Positions 25,100 to 37,739 of a stretch of DNA of 57,374 bases are shown here, in pieces. The stretch covers positions 1-57,374 of the forward strand of contig NW_021833598.1 in assembly GCF_006345805.1 (NCBI RefSeq), in the 5' to 3' direction. The number at the start of each line of letters is the position of its first letter. Positions within the stretch are counted from its first letter, which is position 1. Position numbers and translations under genes: made by a program. The notes beneath the pieces were generated by a model. It searched no databases. It saw nothing but the letters and a program-made list of their open reading frames with translations, and was not told the DNA's origin. Source of the stretch: Octopus sinensis (Eukaryota).

Positions 25100-26090
25100 G
25101 GCGAACTGGCAGAAACGTTTGCAAGGCGGTGAACTGGCAGAAACGTTAGCACACCAGGCGAAATGCGTAGCCGTATTTCGTCTGCCGTTATGTTCTGAGT
25201 TCAAATTCCGCCGATGTCTACTTTGCTTTTCATCCTTTCGGGGTCGATAAATTAAGTACTAGTTACACACTGGGGTCGATATAATCGACTTAATCCGTTT
25301 GTCTTCCCTTGTTTGTCCCCTCTATGTTTAGCCCCTTGTGGGTAGTAAAGAAATAGGTATTTCGTCTGCCGTTATGTTCTGAGTTCAAATTCCGCCGATG
25401 TCTACTTTGCTTTTCATCCATTCGGGATCGATAAATTAAGTACTAGTTACACACTGGGGTCGATATAATCGACTTAATCCGTTTGTCTTCCCTTGTTTGT
25501 CCCCTCTATGTTTAGCCCCTTGTGGGTAGTAAAGAAATAGGTATTTCGTCTGCTGTTACGTTCTGAGTTCAAATTCCGCCGATGTCTACTTTGCTTTTCA
25601 TCCATTCGGGGTCGATAAATTAAGTACTAGTTACACACTGGGGTCGATATAATCGACTTAATCCGTTTGTCTTCCCTTGTTTGTCCCCTCTATGTTTAGC
25701 CCCTTGTGGGTAGTAAAGAAATAGGTATTTCGTCTGCTGTTACGTTCTGAGTTCAAATTCCGCCGAGGTCGACTTTGCCTTTCATCCTTTCGGGGTCGAT
25801 TAAATAAGTACCAGTTACGCACTGGGGTCGATGTAATCAACTTAATCCGTTTGTCTGTCCTTGTTTGTCCCCTCTATGTTTAGCCCCTTGTGGGTAGTAA
25901 AGAAATAGGTATTTCATCTGCTGTTACGTTCTGAGTTCAAATTCCGCCGAGGTCGACTTTGCCTTTCATCCTTTCGGGGTCGATTAAATAAGTACCAGTT
26001 ACGCACTGGGGTCGATGTAATCAACTTAATCCGTTTGTCTGTCCTTGTTTGTCCCCTCTGTGTTTAGCCCCTTGTGGGTAGTGAAGAAAT
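25100..26090 (+). mobile_element. SINE family C: head plus five tandem 184-bp body units, flanked by a 17-bp TSD
   Basis: Unit starts at 25174, 25358, 25542, 25726 and 25910; ATATATGACTGTCTGTC at 25083-25099 and 26091-26107. Confidence 0.95.
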
Positions 26091-26205
26091 ATATATGACT
26101 GTCTGTCAATGATTTAAGAGGAAAACTGGGTATAAGAGGCACCAGATATTGTGTGCAAGGGAGAAGGCTGTGTTGGTGTGGTCATGTGATGTGTATAGTT
26201 AGTTA

Positions 26206-26652
26206 GTTAGTTAATTTTTTGGCTCAAAAATCAAAAAGCAAGGCCATGTAGGGGGACATGCAGTTACGTACAGGTGTTCATGCAAAGAGTTCAGGCCATT
26301 TCTGGTCAAGAGAGACTTTGAACCGAGCGGTCATTGGCATCTTCACTATCTCGTCTGGCAGCTTATTCCATGGATCCGCAACCTGGACGGAGAAAGCTCC
26401 TCTCCTTCGACTGAGATGAAATCGTCGCAGATAGAGCTTTTCGGAGTGACCCTGCAGCCGACGCTCTGGAGCAGGAGTGAAAAACAGCTCTTTCGAGAGG
26501 TTACACTTTCCGCTTATGATGTTGTGAGCGAGAATGAAATCACCACGACATCGTCGTTTTTCTAGAGAATAAAGGTCAAGCGTCTTCAGCCTTTCTTCAT
26601 AAGACAAATGCTTGAGACCAAGAACCATGTGGGTAGCCAGCTTCTGGACTCC
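26206..26652 (-). mobile_element. 5'-truncated CR1 LINE (RT C-terminus, 3' UTR, (TAAC)n tail)
   Basis: VQKLATHMVLGLKHLSYEERLKTLDLYSLEKRRCRGDFI...GHSEKL...FSVQVADPWNKLP is the classic CR1 C-terminus; the frame is open. Confidence 0.9.
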
Positions 26653-27089
26653 TGAAGTGCTGATCTCTAATTGTGGAGGGAACCTGTGGAAAGAGTAGAC
26701 AGAAGAAGGGGTGGAATGAAATGGTGAGAAAGGATTTTCAAAGGCTGGGCCTCACTGAAGAGATGACAAAGGACTGAGACTTGTGGCAATTTGCTGTACT
26801 TGAGAAGGGACATCAAGCTTGGTAAAGTCGTGACCATCCATACATACAGGCATGTCCTTCATGGTCATGTATGCACACCCTTTCCCAGCTGAGAGGTCTT
26901 TGTCATGCAGGTACTGGTGCTATGTAAAATGTACTTATGCTGGTGGAATGTAAAAAGGACCCAGCACATTCTGTGAAGTGGTTGATATTAGGAAGGGACT
27001 CAAGCCATAGAAACCATGCTTAAACAGACAATGGAGCCTGTCGAACTGTTAGCCCATGTCAGCATGGAAAATGGACGTTAAATGCTGCT

Positions 27090-27189
27090 GCTGCTGATGA
27101 TGATGACGATGACGATGACAATGACAATAATTCTGAAGACAACGACAATGATGATGATGATGATGATGATGATAATGATGGTGAGGGTA

Positions 27190-27222
<33 letters not shown>

Positions 27223-27237
27223 GTGATGATGATTGTG

Positions 27238-27269
<32 letters not shown>

Positions 27270-27500
27270 GATCATGATGATGTTGATGGTGAGGGTAATG
27301 ATGACAATGAGGACAATGACGATGATGATAATGATGATGTTGAAGATGATGATGATGATGATGATGATGATGACGATGATGATGATGATGATGCTGATGA
27401 CAATGATGATGATGTTGATGATGACGATGATGGTGATAATGATGATAATGATGATGGTGATGATGATGATGATGATGATGGTGATAATGACAATGACGAT
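27090..27500. repeat. Expanded (GAT)n tract (RTE tail)
   Basis: Directly follows gcatggaaaatggacgttaa. Confidence 0.95.
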
Positions 27501-27593
27501 AGTTCCAAAACGTTTCCAGGTTACTAATTTTTTCCAAAGCAAGAGTGGTCACTTTGGTCAACGCACATTAAATGAAACAAACACCAAATTTAC

Positions 27594-27818
27594 TTAACCT
27601 CCTAGCGTTTCAACTGGCCACATCTGGCCTGAACATTTTACCTGTTTTATGTTGATACCAACAGGATCTGGCCGATCACATCCCCTTCTAATGTCATTAC
27701 AAAAGTAAACAATCCCATCATCGAAATCTCAAAGCTATGAGAAAACTCATGACTAATTCAATACAATTTGAATAAATAAGGACCACATTTGACAGTTACC
27801 TGGATGCTAAAGGGTTAA
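27594..27818. mobile_element. piggyBac-like MITE
   Basis: TTAA at both ends; TIR ttaacc.c.tagc / gctaaagggttaa; family copy at 37512-37739. Confidence 0.7.
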
Positions 27819-28384
27819 ATAATTAAATAAAATACAGGTACAGTTCTATATTTAAGAGATGAGGAATTATCTACATTGTTTACATAATAAGATGGGAAGA
27901 TGGCTCATCTGGGAAATTTCCTTGAATTCTGCTACATGTCTAAATTCAAGAACTGAAGCTAGATTATTATGGCTAGCTTAAGTGTATCTAAGAAAACAAC
28001 GTACAATGTGTCAGTCTATTATTTTTACATCACAAACTCTCATCTGAAGGAAATTTGGATTCACATGTCTTGCACCTGAAAGGAGCACATAGAAGGTTTC
28101 TCTCCTGGCTTGTTAAATTGAAATTATTTGTCACAGTAATTAATAACAAGGATAAAGTAATTACAACTTAACCTAAATTGGAGTAAATTTTAGTAAAATT
28201 CCAATAACTATTTTTTCTTCTAATATTATTCTTATGCATCTTCTGGTTACCAGTTGCTGTTTCTCTCTTGTAAATGGTAATGTATTATAAGATTTTTAAA
28301 TCAATGATACACTCTAATGACCAGGAACAATGCCACCTCCTCCAATGACACCCCACCACCATCCCTCTCAATCGATTTTTGTCT

Positions 28385-28690
28385 TGTTACTTGGTGACCT
28401 CACCAGTGCTGGTGCTATGTAAAAGGCACCCAAACCCTACTGCAAAGTGGTTGGCATTAGGAAGACTATCCAGTCATAAAATCCAAGCCAAAATAGACTT
28501 TGCTGGTGCTGGTGCTATGAAGAAAACACTCAGTAAGGTGGTTGGTCTTAGGAAAAGCAACTAGCCATAAAAACCCTGCCAAAACAGACAGTGAAGCCTG
28601 GCACAGACTTCTGGTTGGCCAGTTCCTAACAAACTATCTAACCCATGCCAGCATTGAAAAACGGATGTAAGATGATAATGATGATGATAA
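28385..28690 (+). mobile_element. Family B/RTE-type tail, diverged
   Basis: gtggttggcattaggaag...acccatgccagcattgaaaaacggatgtaagatgat. Confidence 0.65.
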
Positions 28691-28696
28691 TGATGG

Positions 28697-29070
28697 TCCA
28701 GTTCCATTGTTGCAGGCATGGTGACTGGTATCTTTCTCAACCACACCCCACTCATAGTAATCCATGGGATAACAAGTGAAGAAATTAGGGGGCCAGAAAT
28801 TGGGACTGGTAAAGTCCCAGGAATTCTCTGACAACCACTTCTGGCTCTTTTTGGAGATATGGCAAGGAACCAGATCCACTGCCATAGATACAGCCTTCCA
28901 GCAGCAACCCTGCCTAAGTTCAGGATTGAACTTAAGGCATCGTACAAAGCTGTGGGGATTGACTCTGGCATGCAGATGCAGCCAGAACACCTACTGTGTC
29001 TCTTCCTGCAGGCCATGGGCATCGTAGTCAGCATTGCATCTGTCCATGTTGCGTCTTACATCCTTTAGTG
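28697..29070 (-). pseudogene. Tc1/mariner (maT-like) transposase remnant
   Basis: Frameshifted ...PCHISKKSQKWLSENSWDFTSPNFWPPN...PMDYYEWGVVEKDT matches the QDxAPxH...WPPNSPDLNPxDY pattern. Confidence 0.75.
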
Positions 29071-29164
29071 TTCAGAAAGCATTGAGCAGCAACCACGAAA
29101 GATCATGACATCAGTAACTCTTTTTTCCAATGTGCATATGACCTGAGGTAGGGAGATGGTAGAA

Positions 29165-29365
29165 TCATAAGCATGCCAGACAAAAAGCTTGGTGGTATTT
29201 CATTCATCTTTACGTTCTGAGTTCAAATTCTGCTGAGGACAACTTTTCCTTTCATGCTTTTGGGGTCCATAAAATGAGTACCAGTTGAACACTGGGGTTG
29301 ATGTAATTGACTTAATGCCACCCCTGATCTTGCTGGCCTTGTGCCAAAATTTGAAGCCAATATTC
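29165..29365 (+). mobile_element. SINE family C, diverged
   Basis: ttctgagttcaaattctgctgagg...gagtaccagttgaacactgggg. Confidence 0.75.
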
Positions 29366-29569
29366 AGATGGTTTTCAATCCTCCATCTCAGCTAACTTTT
29401 TCTCAACTATAACTTTAATCCTTATCTTCTCTAACACCATTGACTGTTCACCAATGCATCAAGCTGTTCTTGAAAAGCAAGGAGACCTAAAATATCATCA
29501 AATTTAACCCAAAAACCCCTGTATGTAGAAGCGGAAGCTGAAAAACCCCTGGCTTTAAGGATATTGTGA

Positions 29570-29745
29570 AAAGCCTGGTTGGAGGACCAAACTTCAGAGT
29601 TCTTTAACAGGGTTTAGAAAAACTGAAGGACCATTGCAATAAGTGTGTGAACTTGGGGGGGGGGGTGTTGAATAAAATCATAATTAACTAATCCCCCTGT
29701 ATTTTCTTTTATCTAAAACCGGGAGGAACTTTTTAGCACCCCTTC
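29570..29745 (+). mobile_element. Mariner 3' end remnant
   Basis: WLEDQTSEFF...LEKLKDHCNKCVNL followed by TIR-like aactttttagcacccct. Confidence 0.6.
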
Positions 29746-30354
29746 ATATATTAACCACTTATGATATGAAGAGTTTCTTTCAGTTTCCATCAGCCAAATT
29801 CACTCTCAAGTCTTTAATCTGTCTAGGGATATAGGTGAAGTCATTTGCCCAAGGTGCTTTACAGTAGGATTGAACCTAAAACCACATGATTGTGGAACAA
29901 ATTTCTTAACCACACAGCAATGCCTGTGCCAGAAGTAGCTTATGTAAAACTTTACTGACATCAGAAATAGATATTTCAGATCAAATTAAATAAGATGTAC
30001 ATGTGAGAAGTGGGGGAAAAAAATTATAAGAAGCTTAAGGATCAAGTATTCTATAATTTGTCGAGTTAGGAAGATGTCAGTGAATGCCTGAATGGATTAA
30101 ATGAGATTTCAAGTAAACACAACTTTTCAATCAAGGATTTTGCTGATGTTTCCAACTTTGGAGTTGTTTAAAATTAGAAGAGGGATAGAGTTACAGATTA
30201 GGGCTGACATGTAGATATAGAAATAGCTAAGAGGTTTTTGGAACAATTCCACTCATAATTAAGTGGATGTATAAAGACACTGAGCTGGCAGAATCGTTAG
30301 GCAGTGAGCTTGCAGAATCGTTAACCAGGCTAAAATAACCTAATGGCATTTTAT

Positions 30355-30770
30355 CTCTCTTTTACTCTTTTACTTGTTTCAGTCATTTGACTGCGGCCAT
30401 GCTGGAGCACCGCCTTTAGTCGAGCAAATCGATCCCGGGACTTATTCTTTTTGTAAGCCCAGTACTTATTCTATCGGTCTCTTTTGCCGAACCGCTAAGT
30501 GACGGGGACGTAAACACACCACCATCGGTTGTCAAGCAATGCTTGGTGGACAAACACAGACACACAAACACACACACACATACATATATATATATACACA
30601 TATATACGACAGGCTTCTTTCAGTTTCCGTCTACCAAATCCACTCACAAGGCATTGGTCGGCCTGGGGCTATAGTAGAAGACACTTGCCCAAGATGCCAC
30701 GCAGTGGGACTGAACCCGGAACCATGTGGTTGGTTAGCAAGCTACTTACCACACAGCCACTCCTGCGCCT
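30355..30770 (-). mobile_element. SINE family A, full length, low divergence
   Basis: Complete head, body and tail. Confidence 0.9.
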
Positions 30771-30859
30771 ATCTCTCTTTACTTTCAATTGATTTACCCT
30801 CCCTAAAAACTGCTGGCCTTGTGCTGAAATCTGAAACCTTTATTATTATTATTGATTAT

Positions 30860-31053
30860 CAAGGATGCTGAACGAAATGCTTAGCATTATTTCACCAATC
30901 GCTGCATTCTGAGTTCAAATTCCCCTGGGGTTGACTTTGCCTTTCATCCTTTTGGGGTTGATATATTAAATACCAGTGAAACTCTGGGGTCGATGTAATC
31001 GACTCATCCCCTCCCCACAAAATTTCAGGCCTCCTGCCTTTAATAGAAAGGAC

Positions 31054-31087
<34 letters not shown>

Positions 31088-31550
31088 GTTGTTGTTGTTG
31101 TTATTATTATTATTAAGGTGGTGAGCTGGCAGAATTGTTAGCATGCTGGGCAAAACATTTAGCAGTATTCTACCTATCTTCGTGTTCTGAGTTCAAATTC
31201 CAATGACGTCGACTTTGTCTTTCATCCCTTTTAGGATGATAAAATAAGTACTAGTGGAACACTGGGGTCGATGTAATTGACTTAACCCCTCTGCCAAACT
31301 TCCTGGCCTTGTGCCAAAGTTTGAAATCATTATTATTGTTATTATTAAAGTGGTGAGCTGGTAGAATTGTTAGCATGCCAGCCAAAATGCTTGGTAGAAT
31401 TTCGTCCCTCGTTATGTTCTGAGTTCAAATTACATCGAAGTTGATTTTTGCATTTTATCCATTTTGGGGTCGATAAAATAGTTACCGGCTGAGCACGGGA
31501 GTCGACGTATTGGACTCATCTACAACTGCTGGCTTGTGCCTATGGCAGAA
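30860..31550 (+). mobile_element. Three consecutive SINE family C copies separated by (ATT)n
   Basis: Repeated ttctgagttcaaatt...ttcatcc...ggggtcgat cores; heads aaggtggtgagctggcagaa at about 31115 and 31348. Confidence 0.8.
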
Positions 31551-31634
31551 AGAATAATTATGTAGACCTATGTAGACAATCAAATGATGAAGATTAAGTT
31601 GTTTTTATACACACACACACACCACACACACACA

Positions 31635-32000
31635 CACACGTGTACAACAGGCTTCCTTCAGTTTCTGACAACTACATCATCCATTCAAATGCCTTAGCTC
31701 AAGGATATAGTAGAAGACACTTGCTGTGCAAGGTGCCATGCAGTGGGACTGAACCTGGCACCAAATGGTTGGGAAGAAAGCTTCTTACCACAGAGTTATG
31801 AGTGTGCATATATTCTTTTTATTCTTTTGTTTGTTTCAGTCATGTGACTGTGGCCATTCTGGAGCACCACCTCAAAGGAGTTTTTAGTCAAAGAAATCAA
31901 CCCCAAGTCTTATTCTATCAGTCTCTTTTGCTGAACTGCTAAGTTACAGAGATATGAACACACCAGCATCCGTTGTCAAGCGATGGTGGTGGGAGGGAAA
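31635..32000 (-). mobile_element. SINE family A pieces (head, then 3' half)
   Basis: Matches to family A segments. Confidence 0.75.
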
Positions 32001-32039
32001 ACACAGACACACGCACACACACATACATATATATATGTA

Positions 32040-32290
32040 TGTAAGTGGTGATGTTATTGCACTCACAATCACAAGCTCATGGGTTCAATTCCTAGACCAG
32101 GCAGCACGCTGTGTTCTTGAGCAGAATACTTTATTTCATATTGCTCCAGTCCACTCAGCAGTAAATGGATCACCCTGTATGGACTAGTGTACCAATCAGG
32201 TAACATCATTCGAAAGCTAAAACAATGTGAACCGCATTGTGACCAGCGAAGTATAACAGCATCTAATAATCTAGTTAATACAGATGATGA
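32040..32290 (+). mobile_element. SINE with family D-type core and a distinct tail
   Basis: gggttcaattcctagacc...ttgctccagtccactcagc; tail gcattgtgaccagcga shared with 43085-43370. Confidence 0.65.
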
Positions 32291-32399
32291 TATGGCAGCT
32301 GCTGCTGCTGCTGATGATGATGAGGTTAAAACTTAAGGAAGAAGTTATATACATATATACATATATATATATACACACACTCACATATATATATTTTTT

Positions 32400-32789
32400 T
32401 TTACTTTTTTACTTGTTTCAGTCATTTGACTGCGGCCGTGCTGGAGCACCGCCTTTAGTCAAGCAAATCGACCCCGGGATTTATTCTTTGTAAGCCCAGT
32501 ACTTATTCTATCGGTCTTTTTTGCCGAACTGCTAAGTGACGGGGACGTAAACACACCAGCATCGGTTGTCAAGCAATGCTAGGGGGACAAACACAGACAC
32601 ACAAACACACACATATATATACATATACATATATACGACAGGCTTCTTTCAGTTTCCGTCTAGCAAATCCACTCACAAGGCTTTGGTGGGCCCAAGGCTA
32701 TAGTAGAAGACACTTGACCAAGGAGCCACGCAGTGGGACTGAACCCGGAACCATGTGGTTGGTAAGCAAGCTACTTACCACACTGCCAC
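32400..32789 (-). mobile_element. SINE family A, full length
   Basis: Complete head, body and tail. Confidence 0.9.
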
Positions 32790-32792
32790 ATA

Positions 32793-32852
<60 letters not shown>

Positions 32853-32910
32853 GAATGGTTGTATCTCTATGAGAGATTTAGAAATTCAATATTTCTGATA
32901 TATATACATA

Positions 32911-32958
<48 letters not shown>

Positions 32959-33350
32959 TATAATATATATATGTATATATATATATATATAAATAAATGT
33001 ATATATGTATGTATACATATATGTATATATGATAGTCTTCTTCCAGCTTCCGTCTACAAAATCCACACACAAGTCTTTTGTAGAAGACTCTTACCTAAGG
33101 TGCCATGCAGTGGTTTGAGAAGCAAATCTGTTACCAGATAGCCATACCTTTATTTTATGCCACACACACACACATGCACATACATATATATACATACATA
33201 CAAACATGCATACATGCATACATGCATACATGCATACATACATACATACATACATACATACATACATACATACATACATACATACATACATACATACATA
33301 CATACATGCATACATACATATATACATACATACATACATACATACAAACA

Positions 33351-33384
<34 letters not shown>

Positions 33385-33534
33385 CATACATACATATATA
33401 CATACATACATACATACATATATATATACACACACACACATACATGTATGTATATATATATATGTGTGTGTGTGTGTATAGATATACATACATGTATGTA
33501 TGTGAATATATATATCTACATATACATGGATATA

Positions 33535-33580
<46 letters not shown>

Positions 33581-34026
33581 TCTGTGTGCATATGTACATA
33601 GATGTACATCTGTATATAAGAAAAAGTGTAAGACTGAGAAATTTTTATAAAAGATTGAACGTTTTTCAGTTCACACCAGGGAACATTAATGTGAGAAATA
33701 TGGAAAAAATTTAGCATTTCTGGAAATGTTCTTTTACCTAACTTTTACCAATTTTCCTTTTTTCCTTTTTAAAGAAAGTATATTGTAGAAGAAGTTTTCT
33801 AATGGAAGTTATTGAATTTCCCTCCAATTCCAGCAAGAATCTTTCTAAGGGCTTTACTTCTTAATGAATAATGAAACATGCAATACACAACACATGTAGC
33901 GGCATGTGTGTGTGTGTGTGTGTGTGTGCTTGTTTGTGTGTGTATATATATATACACACACATGTATATGTAAACAGGTATATAGAGATACATACTTATC
34001 GATATGTCTATGTGGATATACATACC

Positions 34027-34068
<42 letters not shown>

Positions 34069-34339
34069 AATATATATAAATATATATATATATATATAAA
34101 TATATATATATATGTATATACGCACAAACATGTATATTTATTTATAGATGTATGTATATATATATATATATATACACATCATATATATATTTATATACAT
34201 ACATATATATATATATATATAGGTATATGGATTTATTATATACATATATACATATATACACATACATATATATGTATGTATATAAATATATATGCATACA
34301 CAATATGTGTGTGTGTATATATATATATGTATATATATG

Positions 34340-34418
<79 letters not shown>

Positions 34419-34620
34419 TAATGCGTATATATATATATATATATATAAATGTATATTTATTGAACAACTTATCCATCTTTTTATCTGTCTACCTACCTAT
34501 CCATATATGTGGGTGTGGGTGGGTGTGTGAGTGTGGTAATGAACACATTTGTGAACATATATATATATATATATAGACATATATGAACACTCACAAACAC
34601 GCACACACATACACATACAT
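32790..34620. repeat. Compound (AT)/(ATAC)/(AC)/(GT) microsatellite field
   Basis: Direct inspection; long (CATA)n at 33195-33420. Confidence 0.9.
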
Positions 34621-35505
34621 ACACGCACACCTTCACCAACACTTTTTGATTTGGATGAATCTTTCACACGCATATTCCATATGCGTGTTATATAGATTTT
34701 AAAGCAAAAGGAAAAAAAAACAACAAACAGAAAAGAAAAAAAACCCAACAAAAATGCAAAAGAGGACAAAAAATATTAAAACACAATAAACAAACACAAA
34801 AAAACATAAAATATAACTAAGAACCGATGTTCAATATCGGCAAGAAATAAAAAACAAGAAATATTGGAATGGAATTCTGGAGTTATTGTTAATGGAAGCG
34901 ATCCAAGCAAACAGCAGGACCCGGGTAACCAATGGTTACTCGTTATCATTGTGGTAATTAACATTGGAATTTTTGATGCTCAAAAATGAAGAATTTTGAA
35001 GAATATATATATATATTTTGGAAGTTATAGAGTTTCATAAGAATTGGAATTAGTTTCCATTTATTTTCTGTTTTTAACTTATTTTGATGCATCTTTGAAG
35101 AAGATGTAATATTCTGTTCTTGAAATGTCGGTTCTTTGATCATATGTGGTTGTTTGATTAGTTAGAAATATCAGCCAAATCTTTATTCAAATAGCAGTAA
35201 ACCATTTTTTTAAACCATATTTCTGACAACATATACTGGCTTTCTTTTTATTGACTTTGAAAATAATATTGAATAAGAGGCATTGGTTGTATGGGAAGAG
35301 GCTTGCTTCCCAACCTCAGGGTACTGGTTTCAATCCTGCTGCATGGCACCTTGGGCAAGTGTTTCTACCATAGCCTTGGGCCGAGCAAAGCCTTGTGAAT
35401 ATATTTTTAGTAGACAGAAACTGATAAAGCACATCACATATATATGTGTGTGTGTGTGTGTGTGTTTGTGTCCTCAGCCCCCTCTTGTTCATCATAGTCC
35501 TCCAG

Positions 35506-36780
35506 GCAATAACAGAGGAATTTAAGACAGGATCCCCTGGAAGCTCCTCTATGCTGATGACCTTGTTCTTGCGGCTGAATCATGACCAGAACTAGAGAAG
35601 ATGTTTTGAGTATGAAAGCAAGGACTAGAATTGAAGGGCTTTAGAGTTAACCTAGCAAAAACCAACGTCTTAGTAAGGAGGAAGGCAGACAAATCACAAA
35701 TCCCTTCAGGTAGATAGCCTTGCTTGATCTATAAAAAAGGCATAGCTAGAAACTCTATATGTACCCAGTGTTAACTGGGAACATAGCTTTTGTGTGGAAG
35801 ATGCACAGGTACAATAAACACTGGAATTGTACAGAAAATAACTTCATCAACTGCCATTGGGTTAAGCTAGATGTAGTAGATAGCTTCTATTTTCTAGGTG
35901 ACCAAATTAGTAGCAGAGGTGGATGCCCGAGAGCTGTGAGAATAAGAATAGGCTAGGCAAAGTTCAGAGAGCTCCTACCTCTGCTGGCAATGAAGGGCCT
36001 CTCCCTCAGAATGAAAAGGAGATTGTATGATGCCTGTGTGTGAACAGCTATGCTACACAGCAGTGAAACATGGGCTGTGACAAGTGAGGACGTGCAAAGG
36101 CTTGAAAGAAATGAAGCCAGTATGCTTTACTGCATGTACGAGAGAAAATTTGGGCATAAGAGGCCTCAGATGTGGTGTGAAAGAGAGATGACTGCGCTGG
36201 TATGGTCATATGGTGCATATGGATGAGGACAGCGGTATGAAGAAGTGCTGATCTCTAACTGTGGAGGGAATCTGTGATTGAGGAAGACATGCGATGAGGT
36301 GGTGATGCCTGGTCTTTAAACGTTGGGTCTCACCGGGACAACGACTAATGACCAAGACCTTTGGCAATATGCTGCGCTTGAGAAAGCTTGTCAAGACAAG
36401 TAAAATCATAGTTGTGGGCGAACCAGTGGCATGTGAAAAAGCTCCTTTCGAGTGTTAGGCCTCAAAAAGGCAATGACAAATGACTGGCACCTAGCATTAT
36501 GTCAGGATTGAAAAGAAGACACATCAAGCCAAGTAAAATCACAGTCATGGCAGATACTGGTGTCACACAAATAGCACCCTTGCCAGTGGCATGTAAAAGC
36601 ACCCACTACACTCTTGGAGTGGTTGGCATTAGGAAGGGCATCCAGCCATAGAAAACCATGCTAAATCAGACTGGAGTCTGGTGCAGCCTTCCAGCTTGCA
36701 AGCCCTGATTAAACTGTCCAGTCCATGCCAGCATGGACAACAGATGTTAAATGATGATTAGGATGATGATGATGATGATG
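35506..36780 (+). mobile_element. Decayed RTE LINE (RT C-terminal half, 3' UTR, (GAT)n tail)
   Basis: ITEEFKTG...WKLLYADDLVL...KGFRVNLAKT, FYFLGDQISSRGG, AKFRELLPLL...LYDACV...SETWAV, LRWYGHM; many stops and frameshifts. Confidence 0.85.
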
Positions 36781-36933
36781 ATACAAATGAAAATGATATA
36801 CAGCATGGCTGTGTGGTAAGAAGTTTGGTTCCCAGTCACATGGTTCTGAGTTCAGTCTTACTGCATGGCACCTTGGGCAACCGTCTGCATTGTAAGCAGA
36901 CTTGGTAGACAGACACTGAATGAATCCTGTTGT

Positions 36934-37120
36934 GTATTTCGTCTGCCGTTACGTTCTGAGTTCAAATTCCCCTGAGGTCGACTTTGCCTTTCATCCTTTC
37001 GGGGTCGATAAATTAAGTACCAGTTACGCACTGGGGTCGATGTAATCGACTTAATCCGCTTGTCTGTCCTTGTTTGTCCCCTCTATGTTTAGCCCCTTGT
37101 GGGCAATAAAGAAACAGATA
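36934..37120 (+). mobile_element. Headless family C unit fused to a family A head (36800-36933)
   Basis: Begins gtatttcgtctgcc, the same boundary as the tandem units at 25174-26090. Confidence 0.8.
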
Positions 37121-37194
37121 TTATATATATATATATACACACATATGTATATGTATATAAATACATATACATAAACATATACATATATATATAA

Positions 37195-37261
<67 letters not shown>

Positions 37262-37511
37262 CATGTGTGTGTATGTGTGTGCATGAGGCTGTTTTTGTCT
37301 GTGTTTATCCCTCACAACCACACAAATCTGGTGTTTATGTATTTTTGCCCCTGTAACTTAATGGTTAAGTAAAATGACCAATAGATTAAATACCAGGCTG
37401 AGCACTCGGGGTGATTCATTTTTGACTAAAATTCTCCAAAGCTATGCCCCAGCATGGCCATAGTCTGATGACAAAAACACGTTAAATATAATTTAGTAAA
37501 ATAGGTCTTTA

Positions 37512-37739
37512 TTAACCCTTTAGTAATTGAACTAACCAAATCCAGACCAAACATTCAACTTGTTTTATGTTTCAACTGGCCAGATCCAGCCTCTCTCACT
37601 TACCCTACAATGTCATTCTAAGAATATACAATCCCATCATTGAAATGTCGAAGCTACAAGGAAATGCATGATTCATTCAAAACAATGTGAATAAATAAAC
37701 ATTACTTTTGACTGAGAAATCTAAATGTTAAAGAGTTAA
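37512..37739. mobile_element. piggyBac-like MITE
   Basis: ttaaccctttag ... ttaaagagttaa; internal sequence shared with 27594-27818. Confidence 0.7.

Larger units (their letters stand above)
25040..27090 (+). mobile_element. RTE LINE 3' remnant split by a SINE pentamer and a CR1 fragment
   Basis: Joined pieces read ...WMGNVSEH...SVNDLRGKLGIRG...RRLCWCGHVM / KC*SLIVEGTCGKSRQKKGWNEMVRKDFQRLGLTEEMTKD, then the family B-type tail and (GAT)n. Confidence 0.75.

Noticed and set aside
25174-26090. CRISPR-like regular array
   Set aside because: The units are whole 184-bp SINE bodies with no unique spacers, in eukaryotic DNA with no cas genes.
27049-27597. Poly-Met/poly-His ORFs (reflectin-like or His-rich beak protein idea)
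   Set aside because: This is the expanded (GAT)n tail of an RTE remnant; there are no reflectin motifs or Gly/His repeat structure.
28034-28075. C2H2-finger-like peptide CKTCESKFPSDESL on the minus strand
   Set aside because: A stop follows immediately and the two His ligands are absent.
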